Positions 19,015 through 28,447 are shown, counted from the first letter of the stretch. The stretch: 64,000 bases of DNA from Candidatus Eremiobacteria bacterium (GCA_963737065.1 CAVTRC010000001.1:448001-512000); one strand, 5' to 3'. The notes: generated from the sequence alone by a model not told the origin. Numbers and translations: made by a program.

Positions 19015-20385
19015 TTAGCCGGCGAGGTCGCGCGGCTCGTACCCGCGCGGAACGTTCGGATAGACGCCGGTGAGACAGCCGAGGCACATTTCGTCACGTT
19101 TACGCCCCGTCGCGGCAATGAGTCCGTCGAGGCTGAGATACCCTAGCGAATCCGCGCCGGTCTTCAATCGGATCTCTTCCACGGTATAATTCGCCGCGAT
19201 CAGTTCGTCGTACGTTGCCATGTCTACGCCGAGATAGCACGGATGCTTGATCGGTGGCGACGTGATGCGCAAATGCACTTCTTTCGCGCCCGCATCACGA
19301 AGCAGCGTCACGATGCGCGGGGTCGTCGTCCCGCGAACGATGGAGTCGTCGACGACGACGACGCGTTGACCGCGCAGGTTCTCGATGACCGGATTGAACT
19401 TCAACTGCACGCCGCGGGAACGCATGTTTTGATCCGGACTGATGAACGTGCGTCCGATGTAGCGGTTCTTGATCAGCCCCTCGATGTAGGGCAAGCCGCT
19501 CTCGGCGGCATATCCGATGCCGCCCGGCACCGCGGAGTCGGGAATGGCCATCACGACGTCCGCGTCGACCGGATGCTGTTTGGCAAGTTCACGACCCATC
19601 GCGTAGCGCGCCATGTAGATCGACCGCCCATTGAGCGTCGAATCCGGGCGCGCGAAGTAGATGTATTCGAACATGCACATCGCCGGACGCGCATCTTCTT
19701 TCACAACGCGATGCGATTCGAGGCCGTTCGGTGTAATGCGAATGACTTCGCCCGGTTCAACTTCGCGCATGTATTGCGCGCCGATTGTCGGCAATGCGCA
19801 CGATTCGGACGCGACCGCGTAGCCGCCGTCGGGAAAGGAACCGATGCACAGCGGGCGCACGCCCCACGGATCGCGGAAGGCGAACAGTTCGTCTTTCGTG
19901 CACAGCACGATCGAATACGCACCCCTCGCGACGCCGAGAACGTGCTTGATCCGGTCGAGCATCGTGCCGGGAGCCTCGACGATCGCCTTCGCCATGACTT
20001 CGGAGTCGGAGGTCGCTTGCAGCGTCGTCGACGGTGAAAGCGCTTCGCGCAGCTGATCCGTATTCGTCAGATTGCCGTTATGCGCGAACGCGAAATCGCC
20101 GATTTCCGTCGATTCGAGCAACGGTTGCGCGTTCACGACGACCGAAGATCCCGTCGTCGAGTAGCGCGTGTGCCCAACCGCGATATATCCGGAGAGCTGC
20201 CGCAGCAGCTCCTCGTCGAAAATGGCTCCGATCAGGCCCATATCTTTGTGCGAACGGATCGTCCCGCCGTCGGCCGCCGCGATACCCGCGGATTCTTGCC
20301 CCCGGTGTTGAAGCGCGTAAAGGCCGAAATACGCCAGTCGCGCAGCGTCGCGTCCCGGCGCGATGATCCCCGTAATACCGCACAT
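19015..20385 (-). CDS. purF: Amidophosphoribosyltransferase
   Basis: MCGI N-terminal nucleophile, LQHRGQE, GHTRYST, FEYIYFARPDS, VVDDSIVRGTT, C-terminal CLGC Fe-S ligands. Confidence 0.98.
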   Translation of the reverse strand: MCGITGIIAPGRDAARLAYFGLYALQHRGQESAGIAAADGGTIRSHKDMGLIGAIFDEELLRQLSGYIAVGHTRYSTTGSSVVVNAQPLLESTEIGDFAFAHNGNLTNTDQLREALSPSTTLQATSDSEVMAKAIVEAPGTMLDRIKHVLGVARGAYSIVLCTKDELFAFRDPWGVRPLCIGSFPDGGYAVASESCALPTIGAQYMREVEPGEVIRITPNGLESHRVVKEDARPAMCMFEYIYFARPDSTLNGRSIYMARYAMGRELAKQHPVDADVVMAIPDSAVPGGIGYAAESGLPYIEGLIKNRYIGRTFISPDQNMRSRGVQLKFNPVIENLRGQRVVVVDDSIVRGTTTPRIVTLLRDAGAKEVHLRITSPPIKHPCYLGVDMATYDELIAANYTVEEIRLKTGADSLGYLSLDGLIAATGRKRDEMCLGCLTGVYPNVPRGYEPRDLAG

Positions 20386-20445
20386 GATCCCCAGCGCTAA
20401 TTCAACACACGAACGGGTGTTCCAGCTTGGATAAGAGGCGGCTCC

Positions 20446-21117
20446 TTAGTCGTTTGAACGCCGCCCGCCGCCGCCGGTGAGTTGAAGGATCGCAAGGAAG
20501 ATATTGATCGCGTCGAGATAGATCGAAACCGCCATCTGAACCGGCGTCAGCCCGTCTCCGCCGGCGCGCAAACGTGCAAAGTCGATCAGCACGAGCCCCG
20601 TAAAGATGACTAAAATCGCCCACGAGTACGCGGTCGGCGAAATGATGTGCACGAAGAACGAGATGATGCCGATCACGACGAGCGCAAGCAGCGCGATGAA
20701 AAAGATCCCTTGGAAGCGTCGTAGATCGAGCCCGGTGGCATACACGACTGCGCCGAGCGCAAACATGCCGAGTCCCGTCGTTAGCGCCGCATTGAATACG
20801 ACTTCGTTGCCGGCGGTATGCGCGTAATATCCGACGATCGGCGAGAGAAAGATGCCCTCGAGGAACGTGAACGCGTAGAACATGACGAGCGCGAGCGGGC
20901 CGTTCTGGCGCACGAATTGCATGACGAGCAACAGAATGAACGACGCGAAGAATGCGATCCGGCTTACGCCGAAGCCGACGTTGGGAAACAGGTACACGCC
21001 GAGCGCCGTGAGGCACATGCCGAGCGCCGTGATGCCAAGCACTTGCCCGAGCAGCGATTGCGTCGCGACCGCGGGACTTCCGCGATAAGACGGGTTGGGC
21101 TGAAATCGATAAGCCAT
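20446..21117 (-). CDS. Bax inhibitor-1/YccA family membrane protein
   Basis: About 7 TM helices; C-terminal AVSIYLDAINIFLAIL signature. Confidence 0.9.
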   Translation of the reverse strand: MAYRFQPNPSYRGSPAVATQSLLGQVLGITALGMCLTALGVYLFPNVGFGVSRIAFFASFILLLVMQFVRQNGPLALVMFYAFTFLEGIFLSPIVGYYAHTAGNEVVFNAALTTGLGMFALGAVVYATGLDLRRFQGIFFIALLALVVIGIISFFVHIISPTAYSWAILVIFTGLVLIDFARLRAGGDGLTPVQMAVSIYLDAINIFLAILQLTGGGGRRSND

Positions 21118-21170
21118 TGCTTTAGATACTAACCTCCGCGCATCTCGAGAGTTACACGAACCGCCGCATC

Positions 21171-21199
21171 TTGCATATCGAACGTATGTTCGGTATAGT
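21171..21199 (+). promoter_or_regulatory. Sigma70 promoter with Gram-positive-type LexA (SOS) box
   Basis: TTGCAT (21171-21176), 17 nt, TATAGT (21194-21199). Spacer contains CGAAC-GTAT-GTTCG (21179-21192). Confidence 0.88.
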
Positions 21200-21206
21200 G
21201 AAGACC

Positions 21207-22091
21207 ATGCGCGGCGTGGGCGTTATCGAGCAAACGGCAAAGAGCGTAATAAACGCCGTCCCCGGCATGCCCTTCAAGTGGTCGATCAATCCGTACCGCG
21301 GCTGCTATCATCAGTGCCGTTTCTGCTACGCGCGCCGCACGCACACGTTTCTCGAGGAAGACGGCAGGCGCGAATGGGGCACGCGCATTTACGTCAAGAT
21401 CAATGCGCCGGCCGTCGTCCGGTCCGAGCTTTCAAAGCGGTCGTGGAAACACGAAGACGTCGCGATCGGGACGGCGACCGACCCATACCAGCCGCTGGAA
21501 GGCCGTTACCGTATCACACGCAGGATCCTCGAAGCGCTGCGCGACTACGACACTCCGGCGAGCCTTATCACGCGCTCGCCGCTCATCGTGCGCGATATTG
21601 ATGTTCTGCAATCACTCGCTCGCGGCGCCGGCGCGCACGTTTCCGTGAGCGTCGCAACGATGGACGAGCGTCTCGCGCGCGAGATCGAACCGACGGTTGC
21701 GCCGCCGCGTCAACGCGTGCGCGCAGTGACCATGCTCGCGGAGGCTGGTATCGACGTCAGCGTTGCGCTTGCACCCGTACTGCCCGGTATAACGGACGCG
21801 CAAGAACAACTCGACGCGGTCGTACGCGCCGCGCGTGAGGCCGGTGCGCATCGCATTTGGCACAACACACTCAATCTTCACGACGTGACGCGCGACGAGT
21901 TTTTCGACTATTTGAAAGAGCATCGCCCGCAATTGATTCCACGGTACGCCGATCTTTATCGCGGCAAATACGCGCCGCGCGCGATTTCCGAAGCGATCGG
22001 CGCGCGCGTCCACGCAGCGTACGAAACAGCACCGCTGCGTCACATCGAACGCATTGCCGCTCGCATCCCCGCGCAACTGAGCTTGATCTAG
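21207..22091 (+). CDS. Radical SAM protein, Rv2578c/SplB-like DNA repair family
   Basis: SINPYRGCYHQCRFCYAR, IYVKIN, GTATDPYQPLE motifs; SOS box upstream. Confidence 0.9.
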   Translation: MRGVGVIEQTAKSVINAVPGMPFKWSINPYRGCYHQCRFCYARRTHTFLEEDGRREWGTRIYVKINAPAVVRSELSKRSWKHEDVAIGTATDPYQPLEGRYRITRRILEALRDYDTPASLITRSPLIVRDIDVLQSLARGAGAHVSVSVATMDERLAREIEPTVAPPRQRVRAVTMLAEAGIDVSVALAPVLPGITDAQEQLDAVVRAAREAGAHRIWHNTLNLHDVTRDEFFDYLKEHRPQLIPRYADLYRGKYAPRAISEAIGARVHAAYETAPLRHIERIAARIPAQLSLI

Positions 22092-22628
22092 CTAATCGCT
22101 GAGGTCATCGATTTGAAAGACGACGGCGTCGACCTCGGTCACCACCTCAGACGTCTCGGCCGGCTCCATCGGCGAAGCGCCGTCGGCGGCCGTGACCGCG
22201 TCAAAGACCGCTGCCGTCACCAAACCGTACGCAACGTGAGGAATGATGTCGGAGAGCCAGCCGCCGACTCCCCACGTGCGCGGGTCCGTTGCACCGAGGC
22301 GGGTCGCGGGGCCTTCACTCGCAAGCATCGCTGCGGCGCCGAGTGCGAATCCGGATAAGATCAGCGGAACGCGCGGAACGCGCGGACGAATGACGCCGTA
22401 CAACGCGCCGATGCCCACTCCGACGGCGTATCCACTGAGTGCGCCTAATGCGGACGCACGGTTGTCATTCTCGATCGGAATCCCCGCTCGTTGGGACAGT
22501 CGCTTCACCGTCTCTGCGGGCACGTCACTGGAATCGCGCGCACGTAATGCGATATCGGCATAGCTGCTAACGTCGAGCGCCATCGTTCCGACCGCGCCGG
22601 CAATGGCACCGTGTATCATCGTGCTCAT
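22092..22628 (-). CDS. Conserved hypothetical membrane protein
   Basis: Gly/Ala-rich TM segments; TDPRTW...WLSDIIPHVAYG; GGGTAG 9 nt before ATG. Confidence 0.75.
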   Translation of the reverse strand: MSTMIHGAIAGAVGTMALDVSSYADIALRARDSSDVPAETVKRLSQRAGIPIENDNRASALGALSGYAVGVGIGALYGVIRPRVPRVPLILSGFALGAAAMLASEGPATRLGATDPRTWGVGGWLSDIIPHVAYGLVTAAVFDAVTAADGASPMEPAETSEVVTEVDAVVFQIDDLSD

Positions 22629-22707
22629 GGGGCCATCCTACCCGGGATTCACCCGCCCGCCTTCCACCCTCGGCACGACGCTCATCCATCGATAAGCGGG
22701 AACGGAC

Positions 22708-23979
22708 CTACGCTACTGCTGCGATGTCGGTTCGATAGCTCAACTCGGTGGTGTTGAGGCGTTTCGCTAACACCTTCACCGCATCGTATGCACCGGTGCG
22801 CGCGTCGGCAAGCGTTTCGCCGAGCGCCGTCACGGTCAGCACCCGTCCGCCGGCCGTTTCCACGGTACCGTCAACGAGCGAACTGCCGCCCCAAAAAGCT
22901 TGCGCACCGCGCGGCAGCGAAATATCGGCGTTCAATCGGTGAAGCGGTGTATTGCTCCGCGGATAGTCGTTCGTTGCGAGCACGATCCCGACGCAACTCT
23001 GCGTCGAAAGCGTCGCAAGCGTCAGGTCCATCGCTTCCTCGGCGCACGACTTCAGAAGCCCGGCAAAATCGCCGTTGATGCGCGGCATCAACACTTGCGT
23101 TTCGGGATCCCCGAATCGCGCGTTGAACTCGATGACATACGGCCCCTGTTCGGTCCACATGAGGCCGCAATAAAGTACGCCGATGTACCGTTCGCCTTCG
23201 GCGAGCAAGCCGCGCAGCACCGGCGCAAGAATGCGTTCGCGAACTTGATCGTCCATGTCTTCGGGAAATTGATACGGCGGCGAATACGCGCCCATACCGC
23301 CCGTGTTTGGACCGGTGTCGCCGTCACCCGCGCGCTTGTAATCGCAGGCAGCGGCCATGGGCACCATCGCGCGGCCGTCTGCGAGTGCAAAGACGCTCAA
23401 TTCGCGTCCGCTCAGCCGTTCTTCCAGGAGCACGTCGCTGCCGCCGCCGGGAATTTTGTTGTTCGTGTACCAGTCGGTGAGGACGGTACGCGCTTGCGCG
23501 ACACGATCGCAGACGACGACGCCTTTACCGGCGGCCAACCCATCTGCTTTCAGTACCACACCGTCGCCCGTCCACTCATCGAGCGACTTCATCGCGCTCG
23601 CAAGCGAATGCGCGACCGCCGCGCGGGCGGTCGGCACGCCATGCCGTTCCATGAATCGCTTCGCGAACACTTTGCTCGACTCGAGGCGCCCGCCGGAACG
23701 ATTCGGACCGAAGACCGCTATGCCGGCATCGCGGAGCCGGTCACCCACACCCGCTGCGATCGCAACTTCCGGACCCAACACGGCGAGATCGATGTTCTCC
23801 GCTTGCGCGCGTTCGACAATCGATATTCCGTCGGTTACCGGAATATTCCAATTCGTTGCGCGCGATGCTGTGCCGGCGTTTCCGGGCACCGCAAAGAGTC
23901 CATCGATGGAGGGCGATTGCGCGATCTTCCACGACAGCGCGTCTTCGCGCGCGCCGTTGCCGACGACGAGAACGCGCAC
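22708..23979 (-). CDS. purD: Phosphoribosylamine-glycine ligase
   Basis: VLVVGNGARE, LESSKVFAK, KADGLAAGKGV, GPNTGGMGAYSP, EFNARFGDPE. GTG start at 23979. Confidence 0.97.
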   Translation of the reverse strand: MRVLVVGNGAREDALSWKIAQSPSIDGLFAVPGNAGTASRATNWNIPVTDGISIVERAQAENIDLAVLGPEVAIAAGVGDRLRDAGIAVFGPNRSGGRLESSKVFAKRFMERHGVPTARAAVAHSLASAMKSLDEWTGDGVVLKADGLAAGKGVVVCDRVAQARTVLTDWYTNNKIPGGGSDVLLEERLSGRELSVFALADGRAMVPMAAACDYKRAGDGDTGPNTGGMGAYSPPYQFPEDMDDQVRERILAPVLRGLLAEGERYIGVLYCGLMWTEQGPYVIEFNARFGDPETQVLMPRINGDFAGLLKSCAEEAMDLTLATLSTQSCVGIVLATNDYPRSNTPLHRLNADISLPRGAQAFWGGSSLVDGTVETAGGRVLTVTALGETLADARTGAYDAVKVLAKRLNTTELSYRTDIAAVA

Positions 23980-23980
23980 G

Positions 23981-25525
23981 TTACTCCCACTCCACGGTTG
24001 CGGGCGGCTTCGAGGTAATGTCATAGGCGACGCGATTCACGCCTTGTACTTCGTTCACGATGCGCGTCGAAATTTTCTCGAGCAACGGATGCGGGAGGCG
24101 CGCCCAATCAGCCGTCATTCCATCTTCGCTCGTAATCGCCCGCACGGCGACGAGATTCGCGTACGTACGCCCGTCTCCCATCACGCCGACGCTGCGAACC
24201 GGAGTCAGCACGGCAAAATACTGCCACGGATGCGGCTGCAGTTCACACGCGTTGTCGATTTCTTCCCGTACGATCGCATCGGCGTCGCGCACGATCTCGA
24301 GGCGCTCGTCGGTAATGTCGCCGATAATCCGTACCGCGAGTCCCGGTCCCGGAAACGGCTGACGCTGCACGATATGTTGCGGTAAACCGAGAACGCGCCC
24401 GAGCGAACGTACTTCATCTTTGAAGAGCGAACGCAACGGCTCGATGAGCGCGAAGTTCATCTGCTCGGGCAAGCCGCCGACATTGTGGTGCGATTTTATC
24501 TTGTGTCCCGCTTTACTCTGCGGCGTCTTCGACTCGATGACATCGGGATAGAGCGTACCCTGCACGAGATACTTGACGCCCGGAATCTTGGCCGCTTCTT
24601 CTTCGAAGACGGCAATGAACTCATGCCCGATGATGATGCGTTTGCGCTCGGGATCCTCAACGCCGGCCAGTTTATCGAGAAACCGTTTGCGCGCGTCGAC
24701 CGCAATGACGTTGAGATGCAGCACGTCGCGGAACGCCTGTAGAACGGACTGCCCTTCACCTTTGCGCAATAGCCCGTGATCGACGAAGATACATGTCAGC
24801 TGTTCGCCGATTGCGCGTGACACGAGCGTCGCCGCGACCGCGGAATCAACGCCGCCCGAAAGCGCGCAAATCACCTTGTCGCCGCCGACGTTCGCGCGAA
24901 TCTCACCGACGAGCGCATCGACGACGTTTTCCATCCGCCACGTTGCATCGAGCCCCGCAACGCCGTGCAGGAAGTTCTCGAGAATCCGCGTTCCGGCGTC
25001 CGTGTGCGAGACTTCGGGATGGAACTGCACACCGTAGATCTTACGTTTGCGATCGCCCATCGCTGCAACGTTGCAACGCGGCGTCGATCCGAGTTCGATG
25101 AACCCGTCGGGAAGCTTCACGACCGAATCGCCATGCGACATCCAAACGCGCGACGCGTGCGGCACACCTTCCCAGAATCGTTCGTCGGAATGCTGCGTCG
25201 TCAGGGTTGCGGGACCGTATTCGGCGTGGTGCAGCTTCACGAGCTGCGCGCCGAGATGGCGTGCGAGGAGCTGCATGCCGTAACAAATGCCGAGGATCGG
25301 CACTCCGCTCTCCCAGATTACTGGATCGAGATCGGGTGCGTCGGGGACGAGCGTGCTTTCGGGGCCACCCGAAAGAATCAGCGCAGCCGGATTACGCGGC
25401 GCGAGTGCCGACCATGCAATATCGAATGGAACGATTTCGCAATAGACACCGAGTTCGCGCGTGCGACGCGCAATCAGCTGACTGTATTGCGCGCCGAAGT
25501 CCAGGATGAAAACGGTCGCGGGCAT
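23981..25525 (-). CDS. guaA: GMP synthase (glutamine-hydrolysing)
   Basis: LDFGAQY, GICYGMQ, QFHPEV, SGGVDS, KSHHNVGG, KPPATVEWE. Confidence 0.98.
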   Translation of the reverse strand: MPATVFILDFGAQYSQLIARRTRELGVYCEIVPFDIAWSALAPRNPAALILSGGPESTLVPDAPDLDPVIWESGVPILGICYGMQLLARHLGAQLVKLHHAEYGPATLTTQHSDERFWEGVPHASRVWMSHGDSVVKLPDGFIELGSTPRCNVAAMGDRKRKIYGVQFHPEVSHTDAGTRILENFLHGVAGLDATWRMENVVDALVGEIRANVGGDKVICALSGGVDSAVAATLVSRAIGEQLTCIFVDHGLLRKGEGQSVLQAFRDVLHLNVIAVDARKRFLDKLAGVEDPERKRIIIGHEFIAVFEEEAAKIPGVKYLVQGTLYPDVIESKTPQSKAGHKIKSHHNVGGLPEQMNFALIEPLRSLFKDEVRSLGRVLGLPQHIVQRQPFPGPGLAVRIIGDITDERLEIVRDADAIVREEIDNACELQPHPWQYFAVLTPVRSVGVMGDGRTYANLVAVRAITSEDGMTADWARLPHPLLEKISTRIVNEVQGVNRVAYDITSKPPATVEWE

Positions 25526-25596
25526 CGAGCCGCGTCATTCGTCCCGCTATCGGCGCGCTCTTCTTAAACGCAACGTTGGCCGGCCGCGCTGATGTG

Positions 25597-26136
25597 CTAA
25601 GCGGAAGTCTGTGCCGCCTTGATGGCTGCGTTGTAGTCCGGCTCGCTCGTGAGTTCCGGAACGAGTTGCACGTATTTCACCCGCTTGTCGGCGCCGATGA
25701 CGATGATCGCGCGCGCCAGCAGTCCGGTCTCTTTGATTCGGACACCGTAATCGTAGCCGAAGCGATGATCGCGATAGTCGGAGAGCATCTCGAGTTTTAC
25801 ATCGCCCTCGGCTCCGCACCAGCGCGCTTGCGCGAACGGCAAATCCATGCTCACCACATAGGCTCGAACGTTTTCGCCCAACTCGCCGAGGCGCGTGTTG
25901 AACGTATGCGATTCGGTCGAGCACACGCTCGTATCGAGCGACGGCACGATAATGAGCATCGCGGCGCGCGTGCCGCGATCGGTGAGGTCGTCGAGCGTCT
26001 TCACCGAAAGATCTGCCGCGCTCAAATGCACTTCAGGCGCGGGGTCTCCGGGTTTGAGTTCGGGCCCAACGAGCGTCAACGGATTGCCGCGTGCGGTCAA
26101 CTTTCCGGTACGTTCTTGTAACGTCTGCGTTGCCAT
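25597..26136 (-). CDS. tpx: Thiol peroxidase (atypical 2-Cys peroxiredoxin)
   Basis: PSLDTSVC, SMDLPFAQARWC, EPDY motifs; GGAGG RBS before ATG 26136. Confidence 0.95.
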   Translation of the reverse strand: MATQTLQERTGKLTARGNPLTLVGPELKPGDPAPEVHLSAADLSVKTLDDLTDRGTRAAMLIIVPSLDTSVCSTESHTFNTRLGELGENVRAYVVSMDLPFAQARWCGAEGDVKLEMLSDYRDHRFGYDYGVRIKETGLLARAIIVIGADKRVKYVQLVPELTSEPDYNAAIKAAQTSA

Positions 26137-26161
26137 AATTACCTCCCGCACGCAAGAACAC

Positions 26162-26535
26162 AAAGAAACCCGCAAAGTTGCGGGCCTCTTTTCGGCTTTC
26201 CATTCATTCCCGGACCTTCGTGCCGGGAATTTTCTTCGTGCTTCTCAACGACGACAGAAAGAAACCCGCAAAGTTGCGGGCCTCTTTTCGGCTTTGCTAT
26301 TCATTCCCGGACCTTCGTACCGGGAATGAACTTCTGTCTAGGCGAGAAGCCCCGAAGCGTGCTATGGCACGTAAGGTGCTTCTCAACGACGACAAAAAGA
26401 AACCCGCAAACGCTGCGGGTCTCTTTCGGCTTTGCTATTCATTCCCGGACCTTCGTGCCGGGAATTTCTTCTGTCTAGGCGAGAAGCACCGAAGCGTGCT
26501 ATGGCACGTGAGGTGCTTCTCAACGACGACAGAAG
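26162..26535 (-). repeat. Tandem array of three structured repeats (96, 138 and 137 bp), each ending in an intrinsic-terminator-like hairpin on the minus strand
   Basis: Plus-strand units start at 26162, 26258 and 26396 (AAAGAAACCCGCA...CAACGACGACA). Each has CCCGCA/TGCGGG and ATTCCCGG/CCGGGAAT stems; the two long units add a GAGAAGC..CGTGC-TATG-GCACG..GCTTCTC stem. Confidence 0.93.
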
Positions 26536-26539
26536 GAAA

Positions 26540-26866
26540 TTAGCGGTACGAAGGACGCGATTGGAAGCAATCGCGGCAATATACCGGCTTATCGCCGCGC
26601 GGTTGGAACGGGACTTCCGCCACGCCGCCGCATTGGCTGCACGTCGCGCGGAACATCTCCCGCTGGCCGCCGCCACCGCCGCCGCCGAAGCCGCTGCGGT
26701 TTCCACCTTGGCGACCGCCGCCAGACGCTTTGCGCGCAGCGCGGCAATCCGGACAACGGTTCGGCTTGTTGGCAAAGCCCTTCATGGCGAAGAACTCTTG
26801 CTCGCCTGAGGAAAACGTGAACTGACGTGAACAATCGACGCAGTTCAGATACTCATCTTGGTACAT
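26540..26866 (-). CDS. Zinc-ribbon (zf-trcl-like) plus CxxC-x17-CxxC domain protein with Gly/Arg-rich linker
   Basis: CVDC..FTFSSGEQEFF..KGF.N.PNRCPDC; GGGRQGGNRSGFGGGGGGG; CSQC..VPFQPRGDKPVYCRDC. Confidence 0.93.
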   Translation of the reverse strand: MYQDEYLNCVDCSRQFTFSSGEQEFFAMKGFANKPNRCPDCRAARKASGGGRQGGNRSGFGGGGGGGQREMFRATCSQCGGVAEVPFQPRGDKPVYCRDCFQSRPSYR

Positions 26867-26964
26867 GCTTAAACGAGGACTCCTCGATTACTTAGTGCTC
26901 ATTGTTCCGGGAATCGACTCGTTTAGCCCAACGTGGGAACCAGACCGCGAAACCTAGACGCCTC

Positions 26965-26993
26965 AATCTACCATGCCCGGCGCGAAACGGCAA
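26965..26993 (-). promoter_or_regulatory. Sigma70 promoter for the zinc-ribbon gene, implying a ~90-nt 5' leader
   Basis: TTGCCG, 17 nt ending in TGG (extended -10), TAGATT on the minus strand. Confidence 0.65.
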
Positions 26994-27055
26994 CCATCAG
27001 AGAACCGAAAGCAGGCAGCCGAGCCGAAACCACCTCCGACCGACCTGATCGACGA

Positions 27056-28447
27056 TTACGCATGGATCAGATCGCTGACGCGCCGGCAACCCATCTGAAG
27101 AACTCCGCCGTACGGCGCAAGCGGTCGAGGCGGGCATCGTCCCCTGTACAAGAGGCGTTCGCCTGCCGTCATCCGGTCAAGCCACGCAAACGCAGCATCG
27201 GTCTGGTGCTCGGCGGCAAGAGTGCCCGCAAAAGAAATCAATGTCAGCGGGTCGGATACGACGCGCTCGCGCCGCACGATCGACCGGGCGTGCTCGAGAT
27301 CCGACTGTCCGGTTCGCTCGTCGCCTCGCCGTATTTCGAGATAACTGAGGAGTGCGTATGCGCCTAACGCGTCGTTTGGATGCGCTCGCACGAGCAGTCG
27401 TGCATCGGCCGCCGAACGGGACGGGGCAGTCACGGCTTCGCTTAGTGCCCGCACGAATCTCGCGTACGCGTCATCCGGCGCCAATTCTAATGACTCCGAC
27501 GCGATGGCGTCGGCGCGTTGGTAATCGCGCCTGAGATATGCCAGGAGCGCCAAGTTGTCGCCGGGCTCGGACCACGCGGAGTTCTGCGCTTGCGCAGCTT
27601 CGAACTGTGCGCGTGCTTCGTGCGCTCTTCCTCGTGCGAAGAGGAACGCGCCGTACCACGTCCGTGCCTCCACGGATTGTGGATCGAGCGCGACGGCCTT
27701 ACGGAACTCTGCTTCCGCGCGCAGTGGATCGCCGAACTCAACGTCGGCCTGTGCCAGCGCCGCGTGGCCGTCGGCAATCGAATCATCGAGCGCGATTGCG
27801 CGGCGCGCTTCGATAAGGGCGGTTCTCGCGTCAACGGATGCCTGTACCGGATCGCTTTCGCGCAGTGCGAGGCTGATGAGCGCATAGGCGAGTCCCGCAT
27901 GCGCAGCGGCATTGCCGGGTGCACGATGGAGCGCGCTGCGAAACTCGGCGATGCTCTTCTCTACGTCGTCCGTGCTCTTCGCGAGGAACCACGTCGTGTA
28001 CGCGCGCTGGACCAATATCGACTCGGCAGTCGAATCGTGCCGGATTTGAGATGCGGCGAAAATGACGACGAATGCGAGAGCGACCGCCCCGAGAGCGAAT
28101 GGTGCTTTTGGCAAGGGGTGAACGTTATTTACCGTGGCATCCGAAGTTACGGGAATCACCAAGCGGTAACCGCGCCGCGGAACCGTCTCGATTCGAACGG
28201 TGGCGTCGGCATCTTCAAACGCGCGCCGCAACCGAAAGATTACATGGATAAGGTTGCCCTCTTCAACCGGCGCATCGCCCCATACGGCTTCGATCAACCG
28301 TTGCTTCGACACGACGGCGTTCGGCGTGCGGAGCAAAACCTCCAATACGTCGATCGCTTTAGGGGGAAGCGCAATGATACGGCCATCACAGCGCAGCACG
28401 CGCTCGTTCACGCTCAGCAGGTAACGCGAAAACGCGATGGCGTCCAC
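27056..28447 (-). CDS. OmpR/CadC-type winged-helix regulator with one TM helix and TPR repeats; probable 3' frameshift
   Basis: LPPKAIDVL..VVSKQRLIEAVW..VEEGNL..IETVPRRGYRL, TM FALGAVALAFVVIFAA, TPR repeats. Confidence 0.88.
   Translation of the reverse strand: MDAIAFSRYLLSVNERVLRCDGRIIALPPKAIDVLEVLLRTPNAVVSKQRLIEAVWGDAPVEEGNLIHVIFRLRRAFEDADATVRIETVPRRGYRLVIPVTSDATVNNVHPLPKAPFALGAVALAFVVIFAASQIRHDSTAESILVQRAYTTWFLAKSTDDVEKSIAEFRSALHRAPGNAAAHAGLAYALISLALRESDPVQASVDARTALIEARRAIALDDSIADGHAALAQADVEFGDPLRAEAEFRKAVALDPQSVEARTWYGAFLFARGRAHEARAQFEAAQAQNSAWSEPGDNLALLAYLRRDYQRADAIASESLELAPDDAYARFVRALSEAVTAPSRSAADARLLVRAHPNDALGAYALLSYLEIRRGDERTGQSDLEHARSIVRRERVVSDPLTLISFAGTLAAEHQTDAAFAWLDRMTAGERLLYRGRCPPRPLAPYGGVLQMGCRRVSDLIHA

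Noticed and set aside
20410..20423. SOS-box-like CGAACGGGTGTTCC upstream of purF
   Set aside because: One mismatch, a GC-rich centre, no clear overlapping promoter and no expected SOS link. It may be chance.
26162..26535. CRISPR array
   Set aside because: Units are 96-138 bp and near-identical along their length, with no unique spacers and no cas genes in the window.
26178..26809. ORFs 26178-26543, 26383-26775 and 26432-26809
   Set aside because: They are translations of the repeat array or shadows of the zinc-ribbon gene and have no protein-like features.
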